NCBI GenBank assembly: GCA_965215565.1
Contig: CBDCDZ010000004.1
Location: forward strand, 3,424,001 to 3,488,000
DNA length: 64,000 bases
DNA from: Trueperaceae bacterium
GTDB taxonomy: Bacteria; Deinococcota; Deinococci; Deinococcales; Trueperaceae
Direction: 5' to 3'
Translations under genes and position numbers: made by a program
Shown here: positions 40,322 through 49,476 of the stretch, piece by piece
How positions within the stretch are numbered: position 1 is the stretch's first letter
How the letters are laid out: every line of letters starts with the position of its first letter
The notes under the pieces: model-generated
Database searches by the model: none
Told to the model about the DNA's origin: nothing
Seen by the model: the letters and a program-made list of their open reading frames with translations, nothing else

Positions 40322-40796
40322 GGGCTTTGAGGTCTTTTAGATGAGCGCTCTGAACATCGCTGTCGATAATACCCGAGGAGGAGAAATAGGGGTGCTCTTT
40401 CCGCCAAGCCGCTAGAACAAGTTCATCAAGCTCGCCGTGCAACCGGAAGATAGTCTGTCTCACCTCTTCTACCTGAACGAGTAACGCTAAAAGTTCCGGT
40501 GCTTTATCCGTAGCCTCAAGCTCTCGTTTCATCTCCGGTATGTTGAAGTTGGGCAACTTCTCCGTGAAGCGAAAATCGTGGTCACGCCACAGTTCATCGG
40601 GCGCGATGAGACCCTCTTCTAACCCCTGACGGATGATGACGGGCGCTTCTTCGAGCGCTTCTACAACCCTTGTGAACGCGCTCAGAATTTCTCGAAGACT
40701 CCGCTCGAGTTCTTCTTGCACCACTCGAGACGTATCGGAAAGTAAGTGCTGAAGTTGCTTAGAATAGCCTTCAGTTGCTTGAAGAGGCGTGTCCAT
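40308..40796 (-). CDS. Putative antitoxin of unusual length upstream of vapC
   Basis: Acidic helical 162-aa ORF overlapping the vapC start; TATAAT-N5-ATG. Confidence 0.55.
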   Translation of the reverse strand: MDTPLQATEGYSKQLQHLLSDTSRVVQEELERSLREILSAFTRVVEALEEAPVIIRQGLEEGLIAPDELWRDHDFRFTEKLPNFNIPEMKRELEATDKAPELLALLVQVEEVRQTIFRLHGELDELVLAAWRKEHPYFSSSGIIDSDVQSAHLKDLKALDRR

Positions 40797-40855
40797 ACCT
40801 CATTATAGACGACACGATAACGCCACGTCCTTCATAAGTTTCATATACTAAGCCT

Positions 40856-41320
40856 ATGTCGAATCATTTCGAAGGCGGCAAAGCCGTCATGGTGGATGTT
40901 TCTGAGAAAACCGAGACGAAGCGTGAAGCGGTGGCGCGTGCCACGTTGGACTTGCCCGAGGCTGCCCTCCACGCGCTCCAAGCAGGCGGCGTAGGCAAAG
41001 GAGACGCCGTTGCGGTTGCCGAACTTGCAGGCATCATGGGCGCGAAGCGCACTTCGGAGTTGATACCGCTCTGCCACCCGCTCCCTCTCACTAAAGTTTC
41101 CGTCGTCGGTGAGCTGGACGCGCTAAGAGGTCAGGTGACTTTCACGGCAACGTGCCGCGTCACGGGCAAGACCGGCGTCGAGATGGAGGCTTTAACGGCG
41201 GCGAGTATCGCGGCGCTAACGCTCTACGACATGCTCAAAGCGGCAAGCAAAGGTATCGTCATCCGCGAGACCAAACTTTTAAGCAAAACGGGTGGCAAGT
41301 CGGGCGCGTGGAGTGTTTAA
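40856..41320 (+). CDS. moaC: Cyclic pyranopterin monophosphate synthase
   Basis: MVDVSEK, LIPLCHP, TGVEMEAL, YDMLKA, KTGGKSG. Confidence 0.97.
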   Translation: MSNHFEGGKAVMVDVSEKTETKREAVARATLDLPEAALHALQAGGVGKGDAVAVAELAGIMGAKRTSELIPLCHPLPLTKVSVVGELDALRGQVTFTATCRVTGKTGVEMEALTAASIAALTLYDMLKAASKGIVIRETKLLSKTGGKSGAWSV

Positions 41321-41335
41321 TGTGGAGTATCTGAT

Positions 41336-41812
41336 ATGGCACGCTTGACGTTCGCGCGGGCGCTCTCCCAGGACGATGAGGACGATTTAGAGTCCATCGA
41401 CCTCTCTTACGCGCAGTATTTCGGTTTAGAGCCTATCGTGACGCGCTCGTCGCTCAACTTTTACACGCGCACAGGGCACGCTTTTATCTCGGTCAAAGAG
41501 GGCGAGGTGACGGGCTTCGCCTTCGCCCAGTCCATCTGGAACGGCACACGCCCGACGGTTTATCTGAACCGCTTAGCCGTCGCTGATTTGGATGATACCG
41601 AGTCCCGTTTGGCTCTCATCGAAGCTGTGACCAAAAGCGCTTACGACGCGGCGGTGTACGATTTGCAGGTCCAACTCCCCAAAGGTGATAAATCTGGCAT
41701 AAGTGCGCTCGCAGACAAGGGATACTCGGAAGTGGACGTCGTGACGTTTGCGAGGGTTTTGGGCTCGAGGGGACAAAAGCAGGTGTCATCTGGTCAAAAA
41801 CGCTCTGAGTAG
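41336..41812 (+). CDS. DUF1999-like GNAT-fold protein
   Basis: FYTRTGHAF, GFAFAQSIWNG, VTKSAYDAAVY. Confidence 0.7.
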   Translation: MARLTFARALSQDDEDDLESIDLSYAQYFGLEPIVTRSSLNFYTRTGHAFISVKEGEVTGFAFAQSIWNGTRPTVYLNRLAVADLDDTESRLALIEAVTKSAYDAAVYDLQVQLPKGDKSGISALADKGYSEVDVVTFARVLGSRGQKQVSSGQKRSE

Positions 41813-41887
41813 AGAAAGCGCTTGTGAACGCATCACGTTCATAGATGATATCTGTGTCATTCAAGCTCAGTTGACATGAGATTTCAA
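41777..41887 (+). mobile_element. MITE family A, degenerate copy overlapping the 3' end of 41336-41812
   Basis: aagcaggtgtcatctgg...gatgatatctgt. Confidence 0.65.
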
Positions 41888-41902
41888 AAGGGGAGAGCGA
41901 GC

Positions 41903-42109
41903 ATGACGAGAGTTTTATTAGGCATACGCGGCATGGACAACGAGGGCGACGAAGGTAAAGTCGAAGAGACCCTGCTTTCTGTCGAGGGTGTGCAGAGCGT
42001 CGAAGCGTCACGTGGTCAAGCGGCTGTAGAGTATGACCCGGCGGACAGCACCATTACGGATTTAATTCGCGCCCTTCGCAAAGTGGGCTTTTCAGCCGGG
42101 ATGGAGTAG
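41903..42109 (+). CDS. HMA/CopZ-like small protein lacking CxxC
   Basis: IRGMDNEGD..KVEETLLSVEGV..VEYDP..LRKVGF. Confidence 0.75.
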   Translation: MTRVLLGIRGMDNEGDEGKVEETLLSVEGVQSVEASRGQAAVEYDPADSTITDLIRALRKVGFSAGME

Positions 42110-42138
42110 GGCGAATCTCTAAGCGTTAGAATCGGGGG

Positions 42139-42468
42139 ATGGCATCTGACTTAGGTCCAACTCCTAATGTTTACGTCGGGGTGTATCTGGCTCGCCTCGA
42201 GATGCCTTGGGTGAGTAGCCTTAAAGAGAAACGCTCGCTAATCAAGCCTGTCACGGAAAAGCTCAAGGTGCGTTTTCCTGTGTCGGTGGCGCGGCTCGGC
42301 GGGCTTGACGCGCACGACTGGGAACTGATCGGGGCAACCGCCATTAGCGCTGACCCGGTGTGGTTGGAGGGGATGCTCGGCAAAGTCGGTGACTTTGTTG
42401 CGGCGCACGGTGTGTACCGCGTCGCTGAGAGCAGTGTGGAGTTAGAGCTGTGGTCGAGCGGCGATTGA
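42139..42468 (+). CDS. DUF503-family protein
   Basis: SSLKEKRSLIKP..LKVRFPVSVA. Confidence 0.85.
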   Translation: MASDLGPTPNVYVGVYLARLEMPWVSSLKEKRSLIKPVTEKLKVRFPVSVARLGGLDAHDWELIGATAISADPVWLEGMLGKVGDFVAAHGVYRVAESSVELELWSSGD

Positions 42469-42551
42469 GTTATTTAGTGGTTGTCTATGAAGGCTTAGAA
42501 ACGTGCTCGCGCTGTTGAGTCCGGTGGGTTTGCGGTAGGATAGAGCTTTAA

Positions 42552-42663
42552 TAGCAGGTATCATCTGGTTAGCTACACCCTCACCAAAGAGAACATCATT
42601 TAGCACACACTTGATTGTGATGATATCTGCGAAGAAGTGGTGCAACGATAAGTGGAACTGCTA
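42552..42663 (+). mobile_element. MITE family A, full-length copy
   Basis: TAGCAGGTATCATCTGG...GTGGAACTGCTA|TA. Confidence 0.85.
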
Positions 42664-42720
42664 TAAGAAGCTTAGAGGGGCGCACACAAGCGCTCACGGA
42701 CGAATAAAGGAGCTTAGAGC

Positions 42721-43101
42721 ATGGCAAACACATTAGAGACGCGCGCTGCGCCAGATAATCTTGGAGCAAAAGATCGCGTCATCGTTACCGACGAAGCGCT
42801 CTCGACGATTATCGGGCTCGCCGCCCATGAGGTGCCGGGCGTCGTGGGGATGTCGCCCGCGAACTTCCGCGAGGGCGTGCGGCGGATTTTAGGGGCGCAG
42901 CAGGTGGACGAGGGTGTCGAGATTGCGAGGGGTGAAGAGACGATCGTCACGCTCTATCTCGTGGTGGCGTACGGCGTCAACATTCCGGCAGTCGCTGAAT
43001 CAGTGCGTGAGCGCGTGTTCTACGCGGCGGGAACGTTCGCGGGCGTCGAGGTCTCGAGGGTGCAGATTCATATCGTGGGGGTAGGCCGTGGCGAGCGCTA
43101 G
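42721..43101 (+). CDS. Asp23/Gls24-family protein
   Basis: IIGLAAHEVPGVVGM, VAYGVNIPAVA; classic partner of the DAK2 gene. Confidence 0.92.
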   Translation: MANTLETRAAPDNLGAKDRVIVTDEALSTIIGLAAHEVPGVVGMSPANFREGVRRILGAQQVDEGVEIARGEETIVTLYLVVAYGVNIPAVAESVRERVFYAAGTFAGVEVSRVQIHIVGVGRGER

Positions 43102-44704
43102 CGCCGGAGCAAATGCTGGAGCCGGGCAGACTCTGGCGGTCAAAGACCTCTGCACCGCCTTTGTCTACGCGACGGATTGGCTGGGCGTCTACGTCGAAGA
43201 GGTCAACGCGCTCAACGTTTACCCCGTGCCCGACGGCGACACGGGCACGAACATGCACCTCACCATGCAGTCCGTGCGCCGCCAGCTCAACGAGGAGCGC
43301 CCCAAGACGATGGAGGACTTGGCGCACGCCCTCTCGTATGGGTCGCTACTAGGGGCGCGGGGCAATTCGGGTGTGATTTTGAGTCAGGTCTTAAAAGGTT
43401 TTGCGGAGGCGATCCGCGACCAGCGTGCGTTAGAGGCGCAAGCGTGCATCGACGCCCTAAAAGGTGCTACCAAAAGCGCCTACGCCGCCGTGATGAAGCC
43501 CGTCGAGGGAACCATTCTGACGGTGGTGCGCAGAGCGGCGGAAGGAGCGGAAGAGGCGGGCTCGGCGCATCCTTTGACCGTCCTCAAAGACGCTTGGAAA
43601 GCGGGACAGAAAGCGCTGCAAGAAACCCCTGAGATGCTGCCGATGCTCAAGCAAGCGGGCGTGGTGGACTCGGGCGGGCTAGGCTTTCTGCGCGTGTTGG
43701 AGGGCGTCATCGCCTCGTTCGAGGGGCGCGACTTGCCCAAGCCGCCCAAGATCGAATCCCGCGCCCAGGAGCAGTTCGAGGAGCAGGAGTTCGGCTTCTG
43801 CACGGAGTTTTTGCTGGAGAACGTCTCCGTCCCGACGAAAGAGATTCAGGAGATGGTTCAAGACTACGGCGACTCCCTCCTCGTCGTCGGCGCAGAGGGT
43901 TTCGTAAAGGGGCACATCCACACCGAAGAGCCCGAAAAGCTCCTCGCCGCCGTAGTGCGCTACGGCTCGATGGTGCGCTCCAAAATTGAGGACATGAGCG
44001 AGCAGCACCACGAGATTCTAGAGGGCGTCAATATGAGCGAGGCAGAGCCGCCCAAGAGTGCGCTCGTCGCGGTCAGTGCGGGCTACGGCATCACGAAAGT
44101 TTTCCGCTCGCTAGGCGCGCGCGTCGTCGGGGGCGGACAGACGAACAACCCGAGCGTCCAAGACATCGCGGACGCGGTGCGTACAGTCGGTGCGGACGAC
44201 GTGATCATCATGCCGAACAATAAAAATATCATCATGGCCGCTGAGCGCGTCGGTGACATCGTCAAGGAGAAGCGCATCCGCGTGTTGCCCACGCGCACTG
44301 TCGGGCAGGGTCTCGCCGCCGCCGTGCTCTTTAGCGAGAGCAGCGAAGCGGAGGAGCTTTTTGAAGAGATGAAGGAGGCGGCGGAGCACGCCCTGACCCT
44401 GGAGGTCACCACCGCGAGCCGCACCACGACGGTGGAGGGCGTCGAAGTGACCGAAGGCGACTACATCGGCTTGGTCAATAGCGACCTCAAGGTGGCGGCG
44501 AAAAGCCCGGAGGAGAGCCTGAAGAAGCTCTTGGAGGAGTCCGCCGACTCCTTTGAGATCGGTACGCTTTTCTATAGCCCTTCAGTCGGCGAGGAGAAGG
44601 CGACGGCGTTAGCGGAGGAACTCGTTGAGGAATTTCCTGACTTGGAGATCGAACTCCACCCCGGCAGTCCTGACTTGTATGCGTACTTGATGGCGCTCGA
44701 GTGA
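43088..44704 (+). CDS. DAK2-domain protein (fatty acid kinase FakA/YloV-like)
   Basis: NVYPVPDGDTGTNM, GARGNSGVILSQ, KPVEGTILTV, GGQTNNPS. Confidence 0.95.
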   Translation: MASASAGANAGAGQTLAVKDLCTAFVYATDWLGVYVEEVNALNVYPVPDGDTGTNMHLTMQSVRRQLNEERPKTMEDLAHALSYGSLLGARGNSGVILSQVLKGFAEAIRDQRALEAQACIDALKGATKSAYAAVMKPVEGTILTVVRRAAEGAEEAGSAHPLTVLKDAWKAGQKALQETPEMLPMLKQAGVVDSGGLGFLRVLEGVIASFEGRDLPKPPKIESRAQEQFEEQEFGFCTEFLLENVSVPTKEIQEMVQDYGDSLLVVGAEGFVKGHIHTEEPEKLLAAVVRYGSMVRSKIEDMSEQHHEILEGVNMSEAEPPKSALVAVSAGYGITKVFRSLGARVVGGGQTNNPSVQDIADAVRTVGADDVIIMPNNKNIIMAAERVGDIVKEKRIRVLPTRTVGQGLAAAVLFSESSEAEELFEEMKEAAEHALTLEVTTASRTTTVEGVEVTEGDYIGLVNSDLKVAAKSPEESLKKLLEESADSFEIGTLFYSPSVGEEKATALAEELVEEFPDLEIELHPGSPDLYAYLMALE

Positions 44705-44815
44705 CCTCTCGGGATCACTGTGGAATACCATGATGAACGTATGGAGAACTGTAGGGGAGCGCTTAGCGAGCTTAACCGCTTTGCTTATACCTTGTGAGAG
44801 AAAGGATGTACAACA

Positions 44816-45631
44816 ATGAAACGATCGGCTTTGCTTGTATTTGCCTGTATGACGCTGCTGAGCTTGTCCGCTTGCACGATTGTGATAGGAGGCGGCAATT
44901 CGAGGTTCTCTGGAGCCACCGACGTCGCGGTTGGTGAAGACTTTAGCACGCCTGCTTTAGAGGATGTCGAGGCGGACGAGGCGGTGTTCTACCGAATCCG
45001 CCTCTCAGACGTAGAGAGTGACTTAGTTGTTATCGAAGCGGACGCCGCAAGTGAGGACGACGCGCTCGAGGTGAACGTTTACAGCGCAAGTGGCAGCGCC
45101 ATCCTGACGAGCACCAGCCCGGACTATTTCGGACCTGTGGGCTCAGCGAGCACCGGGGTGAGCGCTCAGCAAGTGGACACCACCATCTCCTGTAACGGTC
45201 CCTGCGCCGCGATCCGCCCCTCTTCCGAAGAGCAGATTTATGTGTCCGTAGACTCGAGTGGCGCGCAGACGTTTGACCTCTACGTCGTAGGCGTTGACTT
45301 CACCGACGAGACCGAGCCCAACGGCTCCATTCGCGAGCCCGCCTCGCTCGCCCAAGATCAAGCAGCCGCCATTGAATTCGTCGGCGACGAAGACTTCTTC
45401 CAGAGTGAGAACGATGTATCGAGCGTGTCTATCTCGACGGACACGCCTGAACTTGAGCTTCGTTTCGACGTCTACTCAGAGTCGGGGCGGGTTCTAGGCT
45501 CGGGTACTCCCGGTGAACCCTTCACCTTGCCGAACAACCAGTCCGCCCAACAACTTATCGTGAGCGTCACCTCGCAGAGTGACCGCGCGGGGGTCGGGGG
45601 CAGCGCTAACTACGGCGTTAGTTTCGATTAG
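44816..45631 (+). CDS. Acidic beta-rich lipoprotein
   Basis: Lipobox LSAC; D.TEPN and D.DFF motifs reminiscent of PPC-like domains. Confidence 0.75.
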   Translation: MKRSALLVFACMTLLSLSACTIVIGGGNSRFSGATDVAVGEDFSTPALEDVEADEAVFYRIRLSDVESDLVVIEADAASEDDALEVNVYSASGSAILTSTSPDYFGPVGSASTGVSAQQVDTTISCNGPCAAIRPSSEEQIYVSVDSSGAQTFDLYVVGVDFTDETEPNGSIREPASLAQDQAAAIEFVGDEDFFQSENDVSSVSISTDTPELELRFDVYSESGRVLGSGTPGEPFTLPNNQSAQQLIVSVTSQSDRAGVGGSANYGVSFD

Positions 45632-45726
45632 CGCGCCGCAAAGGTTGAAAGCTGAACTTTTTACCTCTTAACGCTTCTTCAACCTCCCCTCACAGCGCGT
45701 CATCCTCTTTAGGCTACACTCTGAGG

Positions 45727-46653
45727 ATGACGCGCTTTTTTTTAGTTCTACTCATCCTTTTATCCTTTGGTGCGACGTTCGCTCAACGTTGCCTCAGCGA
45801 GCTGCAAGCCGGTGTACCTCAAAACGAGCTGGCTGATCCCGCCACCGGACGCGACGCGGCTTCGTTCCTCAAACGGGCGGTGGACTTGCTCGAGCCTGTC
45901 CTCCCGCCCCTCTTCACGGTGAGCGACGCGCCCGTTTCTAGCGAGGATGCTAGCTACAGTGAGGTGCGCTTTTTGGCAGAGCGCGGGCTTCTACCTGGTA
46001 CGTGGGACGCGGACACGCTCGCCCCCGAAACCTGGACGGAGATGGTCTCTAGCGTCGCCGCTTGGTACGACTTGGACTTTACCCAAGAGGTCGCCGCCGC
46101 GCCTACAAAAGGTCAACTGCTGGCTGACCTCGCTAATTTAATCGAGCGAGCCGCGCCGCAGCTCGAGCCCGTCGCGCTGCTCGCCTATGACCCGCAAGGG
46201 GGCGGCGTCACCTTCTGGGCGATCATCCGCAATGGCGGCGTCTATCCGCGTATGATCGTGCAGCGTCCGCCTGCAGAGGGTGTGGACGCGCGCCGCGATA
46301 CGCAGCGGGCGCTCTCTCTCTTGGGGAGCTGCGTGTATTCGCTCAGCAACTACGTCTCCGCACCTGCGGACACAGCGCAACGACTCTTTCTGGCGAACAG
46401 TGACGCGCAGATGGTCATCGCGCAAGCGGACCCGCCCATAGAAGGGACGGTAGGGCAGAACCTCATCTACGTTCCCGAAGGGGAAGAGGCTGAGGTTCTG
46501 CGCTTTGAGGGCCCGGAGGCAGACGTGTATGAGCAATACGCCGCGCTCTTCGTCGGTCCGAGCATCGGCGTGCCTGCGCTTTTGCGCATCATCCCGCAAC
46601 TGCGTACGAACATGAACCCGAGGGAGATCATCGCGTTCGTGCGGGGGTCTTAG
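45727..46653 (+). CDS. Exported hypothetical protein
   Basis: Signal peptide ending ATFA; TACACT-N6-ATG. Confidence 0.7.
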   Translation: MTRFFLVLLILLSFGATFAQRCLSELQAGVPQNELADPATGRDAASFLKRAVDLLEPVLPPLFTVSDAPVSSEDASYSEVRFLAERGLLPGTWDADTLAPETWTEMVSSVAAWYDLDFTQEVAAAPTKGQLLADLANLIERAAPQLEPVALLAYDPQGGGVTFWAIIRNGGVYPRMIVQRPPAEGVDARRDTQRALSLLGSCVYSLSNYVSAPADTAQRLFLANSDAQMVIAQADPPIEGTVGQNLIYVPEGEEAEVLRFEGPEADVYEQYAALFVGPSIGVPALLRIIPQLRTNMNPREIIAFVRGS

Positions 46654-46819
46654 CCTCGCTCTAACGACTGGACATAGAGATTGGTGAAAGAGGCTCGAGG
46701 TTGACCTCGAGCCTCTCTATCTGAAAGGTATCTCTTGGTAGCTCCACGACGCACTGAAACATATGAGCGCTTTCCGTAGGCTTCCGCCAAAGGCGGGAGA
46801 CGGAAGTTTTGGCAACGCC

Positions 46820-46893
46820 AAAGGCACCATCACCGAACATGTGTGCTAGACAGTATTTTTACAGTGACAGCTCTGACCAGATAATACCCGCTG
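46820..46893 (-). mobile_element. MITE family A, degenerate partial copy
   Basis: gtgtgctagaca...ctctgaccagataatacccgct. Confidence 0.65.
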
Positions 46894-46955
46894 TCTCCAA
46901 CGCACAAAAACGCTGTGACCTCTCCTGTTATGCTCCGTTTTGCAGGAGGTTCACT

Positions 46956-47375
46956 ATGTCAGCCATTCTCTGGGCGCTCATCGCCATGCTCGCCTACTCC
47001 TTTGTTGCGCCCTTCGTGAGCCGCGCCATCGGCGGCGGAATGCCCGAGTTCTTAGTTTTGCTCATCACCTCGGTGATGCTCGTACTCGCGTCGCTCCTTG
47101 TCGCCGCGCTCACAGGTGAACTCAAGGTGCGCGAGTTAGCGCACCCGTCCGCTTGGAGTGCGTACCTTGCAGGCGCGTTCTTAGCGGTGGGCATCATCAC
47201 CTACTACCGCGCCCTATCGCTCGGCGCGGTGAGCGTGGTGGTGCCCATTTTCGGGCTTTTTATCGTCGTGAGTTCGGTGGTGGGGTTCGTCTTTTTAGAT
47301 GAGCCGCTGACGCTGCGTAAGATAGCCGGAATCGTGCTGGCAGGCGTCGCGGTTTATTTGGTGGCGGGGGCCTGA
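46956..47375 (+). CDS. EamA/DMT-family membrane protein (single domain)
   Basis: YYRALSLGAVSVVVPI, FLDEPLTLRKIAGI; SD AGGAGG. Confidence 0.88.
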   Translation: MSAILWALIAMLAYSFVAPFVSRAIGGGMPEFLVLLITSVMLVLASLLVAALTGELKVRELAHPSAWSAYLAGAFLAVGIITYYRALSLGAVSVVVPIFGLFIVVSSVVGFVFLDEPLTLRKIAGIVLAGVAVYLVAGA

Positions 47376-47509
47376 GCTAGCGGAGAGCTAGGCTCAAGAC
47401 CATAAGCAGCAATGTTGGCAAAGTGCGCCTCTAAACAAGTGATACCTGCCACATGAACTACTCCGCTAGGCAGGCAGTCATGTGAATCCTGAAACGGGTA
47501 AAGCCCGCG

Positions 47510-48037
47510 TCAGTCCAGCTTTTTGGCGTACCAGTCCAAAACCGGCTTCGCGTCGATCGCAAAGGTGTAGCCCAGCGAGCGCCAGAACCGCTTCGCTCTC
47601 GGATTGCGCCCGTAAATACTCGCTAAAATCCGCTTGGTGCGTCCTCTGAGCTTGGTCTCTAATTCGCCGATGCAGAGACGTCCGTAGCCTCTATTCTGGA
47701 GCGCTTCGGGGATGAGCAAGAGGTTGACGGTTGCGTCACCCGCTTCGGGGTAGTCGAGTTTGTAATCCAAGTAGCCTACTACGCGCTCACGCGCGCCCTC
47801 ATTGGTCAGCATCAGTTCGGTATGGCGTTTAGGGTCTTGGGCGGCAGCCTCGAGTTCGTGTTTAACCTCTTCTAACGTCGGGAGCGGGATAGAGATGATC
47901 TCAAAGTAGCTCGGCGACTGGCTGTATACGTCAAAAATGCGCTCAGCATCGGCTGGCGATGCGGGACGTAATGACATGGTTGCTACAGCAGTGTGCACAG
48001 GAACTCCCTTCGGAGGTAGTTGAGCGCTGTCTTTCAA
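47510..48037 (-). CDS. GNAT-family acetyltransferase (start uncertain)
   Basis: LQNRGYGR, NPRAKRFWRSLGY. Confidence 0.85.
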   Translation of the reverse strand: MKDSAQLPPKGVPVHTAVATMSLRPASPADAERIFDVYSQSPSYFEIISIPLPTLEEVKHELEAAAQDPKRHTELMLTNEGARERVVGYLDYKLDYPEAGDATVNLLLIPEALQNRGYGRLCIGELETKLRGRTKRILASIYGRNPRAKRFWRSLGYTFAIDAKPVLDWYAKKLD

Positions 48038-48174
48038 GTTAGCTCAGTATACCTCTCTCTTATAAACGTATGCGGTGACACGTCTAACGTAAGAGCAGGT
48101 ATCAGGGTCACACGTTGAGAGGTGGGACTTGCGCCCACGCACGAGGTAGCGAACGGCTGCTGGTAAACTGCGCC

Positions 48175-49212
48175 ATGCCCCCTACTCAGCCCGCTATCTT
48201 TATTGACGGACATTTAGACCTCGCCTACAACGCCCTCGCCGCAGGGCGTGATCTCACCCTTTCCTTAGAGGAACTGCGCCGCACCCAAGACGAAACCGCG
48301 CTCGTCACCCTGCCCGAGCTGCGCCGCGCCGGGGTGCGCGTCGTCTTAGGCACGGTTTTTGTGAGACCGGCGGACGCGAAGTCCTTGGGCGGAAAGGGGA
48401 CGTTGGAGGGCAAAGTCTACGAAACACCCGAAGAGGCGAGGAAGCTCGCTCTGGCGCAGTTGGAGCTTTACGAGCGTTGGGAAGAGGCGGGCGAGGTGCG
48501 TATCGTGCGTACCCTGGCTAATTTAGAGAGCCATTTGGCTGCGAGTGCGGAGGATTCGCGCGTCGGCGTCGTCCTCTTGATGGAGAACGCCGACCCCTTG
48601 CGCACGCCGGCTGACCTTGACGAATGGGTCCGGCGAGGTCTGCGCGTCATCGGTCCCGCTTGGCAGCGCACGCGCTACGCGGGCGGCACGAGAGCGCCGG
48701 GTCCGCTCACGGATTTGGGCGTAGAACTCATTCAAGCGATGAACGAAGCGGATGTGACGCTCGACGTGAGCCACTTCGCTGAGGAGAGCTTTTGGGGTGC
48801 GCTGGACCTAAATCCTGTTTCCGTCATCGCGAGCCACAGCAACGCTCGCTCGCTCGTCCCCACCGACCGCCACCTCTCGGACGACATGCTCTTAGCGCTC
48901 GCCGAGCGTGACGCGGTAGTCGGGCTAGTCATCGCCAATCCGTTTTTGCGAACGGGTGTGACGCAGGACTCGCGCAAAGAGGAGACTACCTTGCAACACG
49001 TGCGCCGCCACGCCGAACACATCGCCGAACGTATCGGCTGGGAGCGCGTGGCGATAGGGAGCGACTTCGACGGCGGTTTCGGCGTGCCAGACGTGCCGAA
49101 AGAGGTCGGGGGCGTCGCCGACTTCGCTAGACTGGGTGAAGCGGTCCCCGAAGAGGTTAGGGCGGGCTTCTTAGGGGAGAACTGGCTGCGGTTTTTGCGG
49201 CGGGTTTTATAG
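48175..49212 (+). CDS. Membrane dipeptidase (peptidase M19)
   Basis: IDGHLD, LLMENAD, LDVSH, IASHSN, AIGSDFDGG, GENWLR. Confidence 0.92.
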   Translation: MPPTQPAIFIDGHLDLAYNALAAGRDLTLSLEELRRTQDETALVTLPELRRAGVRVVLGTVFVRPADAKSLGGKGTLEGKVYETPEEARKLALAQLELYERWEEAGEVRIVRTLANLESHLAASAEDSRVGVVLLMENADPLRTPADLDEWVRRGLRVIGPAWQRTRYAGGTRAPGPLTDLGVELIQAMNEADVTLDVSHFAEESFWGALDLNPVSVIASHSNARSLVPTDRHLSDDMLLALAERDAVVGLVIANPFLRTGVTQDSRKEETTLQHVRRHAEHIAERIGWERVAIGSDFDGGFGVPDVPKEVGGVADFARLGEAVPEEVRAGFLGENWLRFLRRVL

Positions 49213-49320
49213 CAGGTATCGTCTGGTTTGAGCCAATCTCACTAAAGAGAACATTGTTTAGCACGCACTTTAGGGGATGATATCTGCGCCATTTCAGCTC
49301 AATGTTTATGATAACCGCTT
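49210..49320 (+). mobile_element. MITE family A, full copy flanked by TA on both sides; supplies the dipeptidase stop codon
   Basis: TA|TAGCAGGTATCGTCTGG...TGATAACCGCTT|TA, 111 bp. Confidence 0.85.
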
Positions 49321-49329
49321 TACCTAAGA

Positions 49330-49450
49330 AGCAATCCAGTCAAGCTGGTACACGCTAGTTCTTGCGAAGCAAACGAACGGTGAGTTCAAAGCAATGAGCA
49401 ATGAGTAGAAGGCTTTAGACTCATTGCTCATTGCTCGCTACTCATTGCTT
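49330..49450 (+). repeat. Intergenic repeat family B, second copy
   Basis: Near-identical to 36563-36668. Confidence 0.85.
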
Positions 49451-49476
49451 TCTAGCAGCCTGATAATCTAATAACC

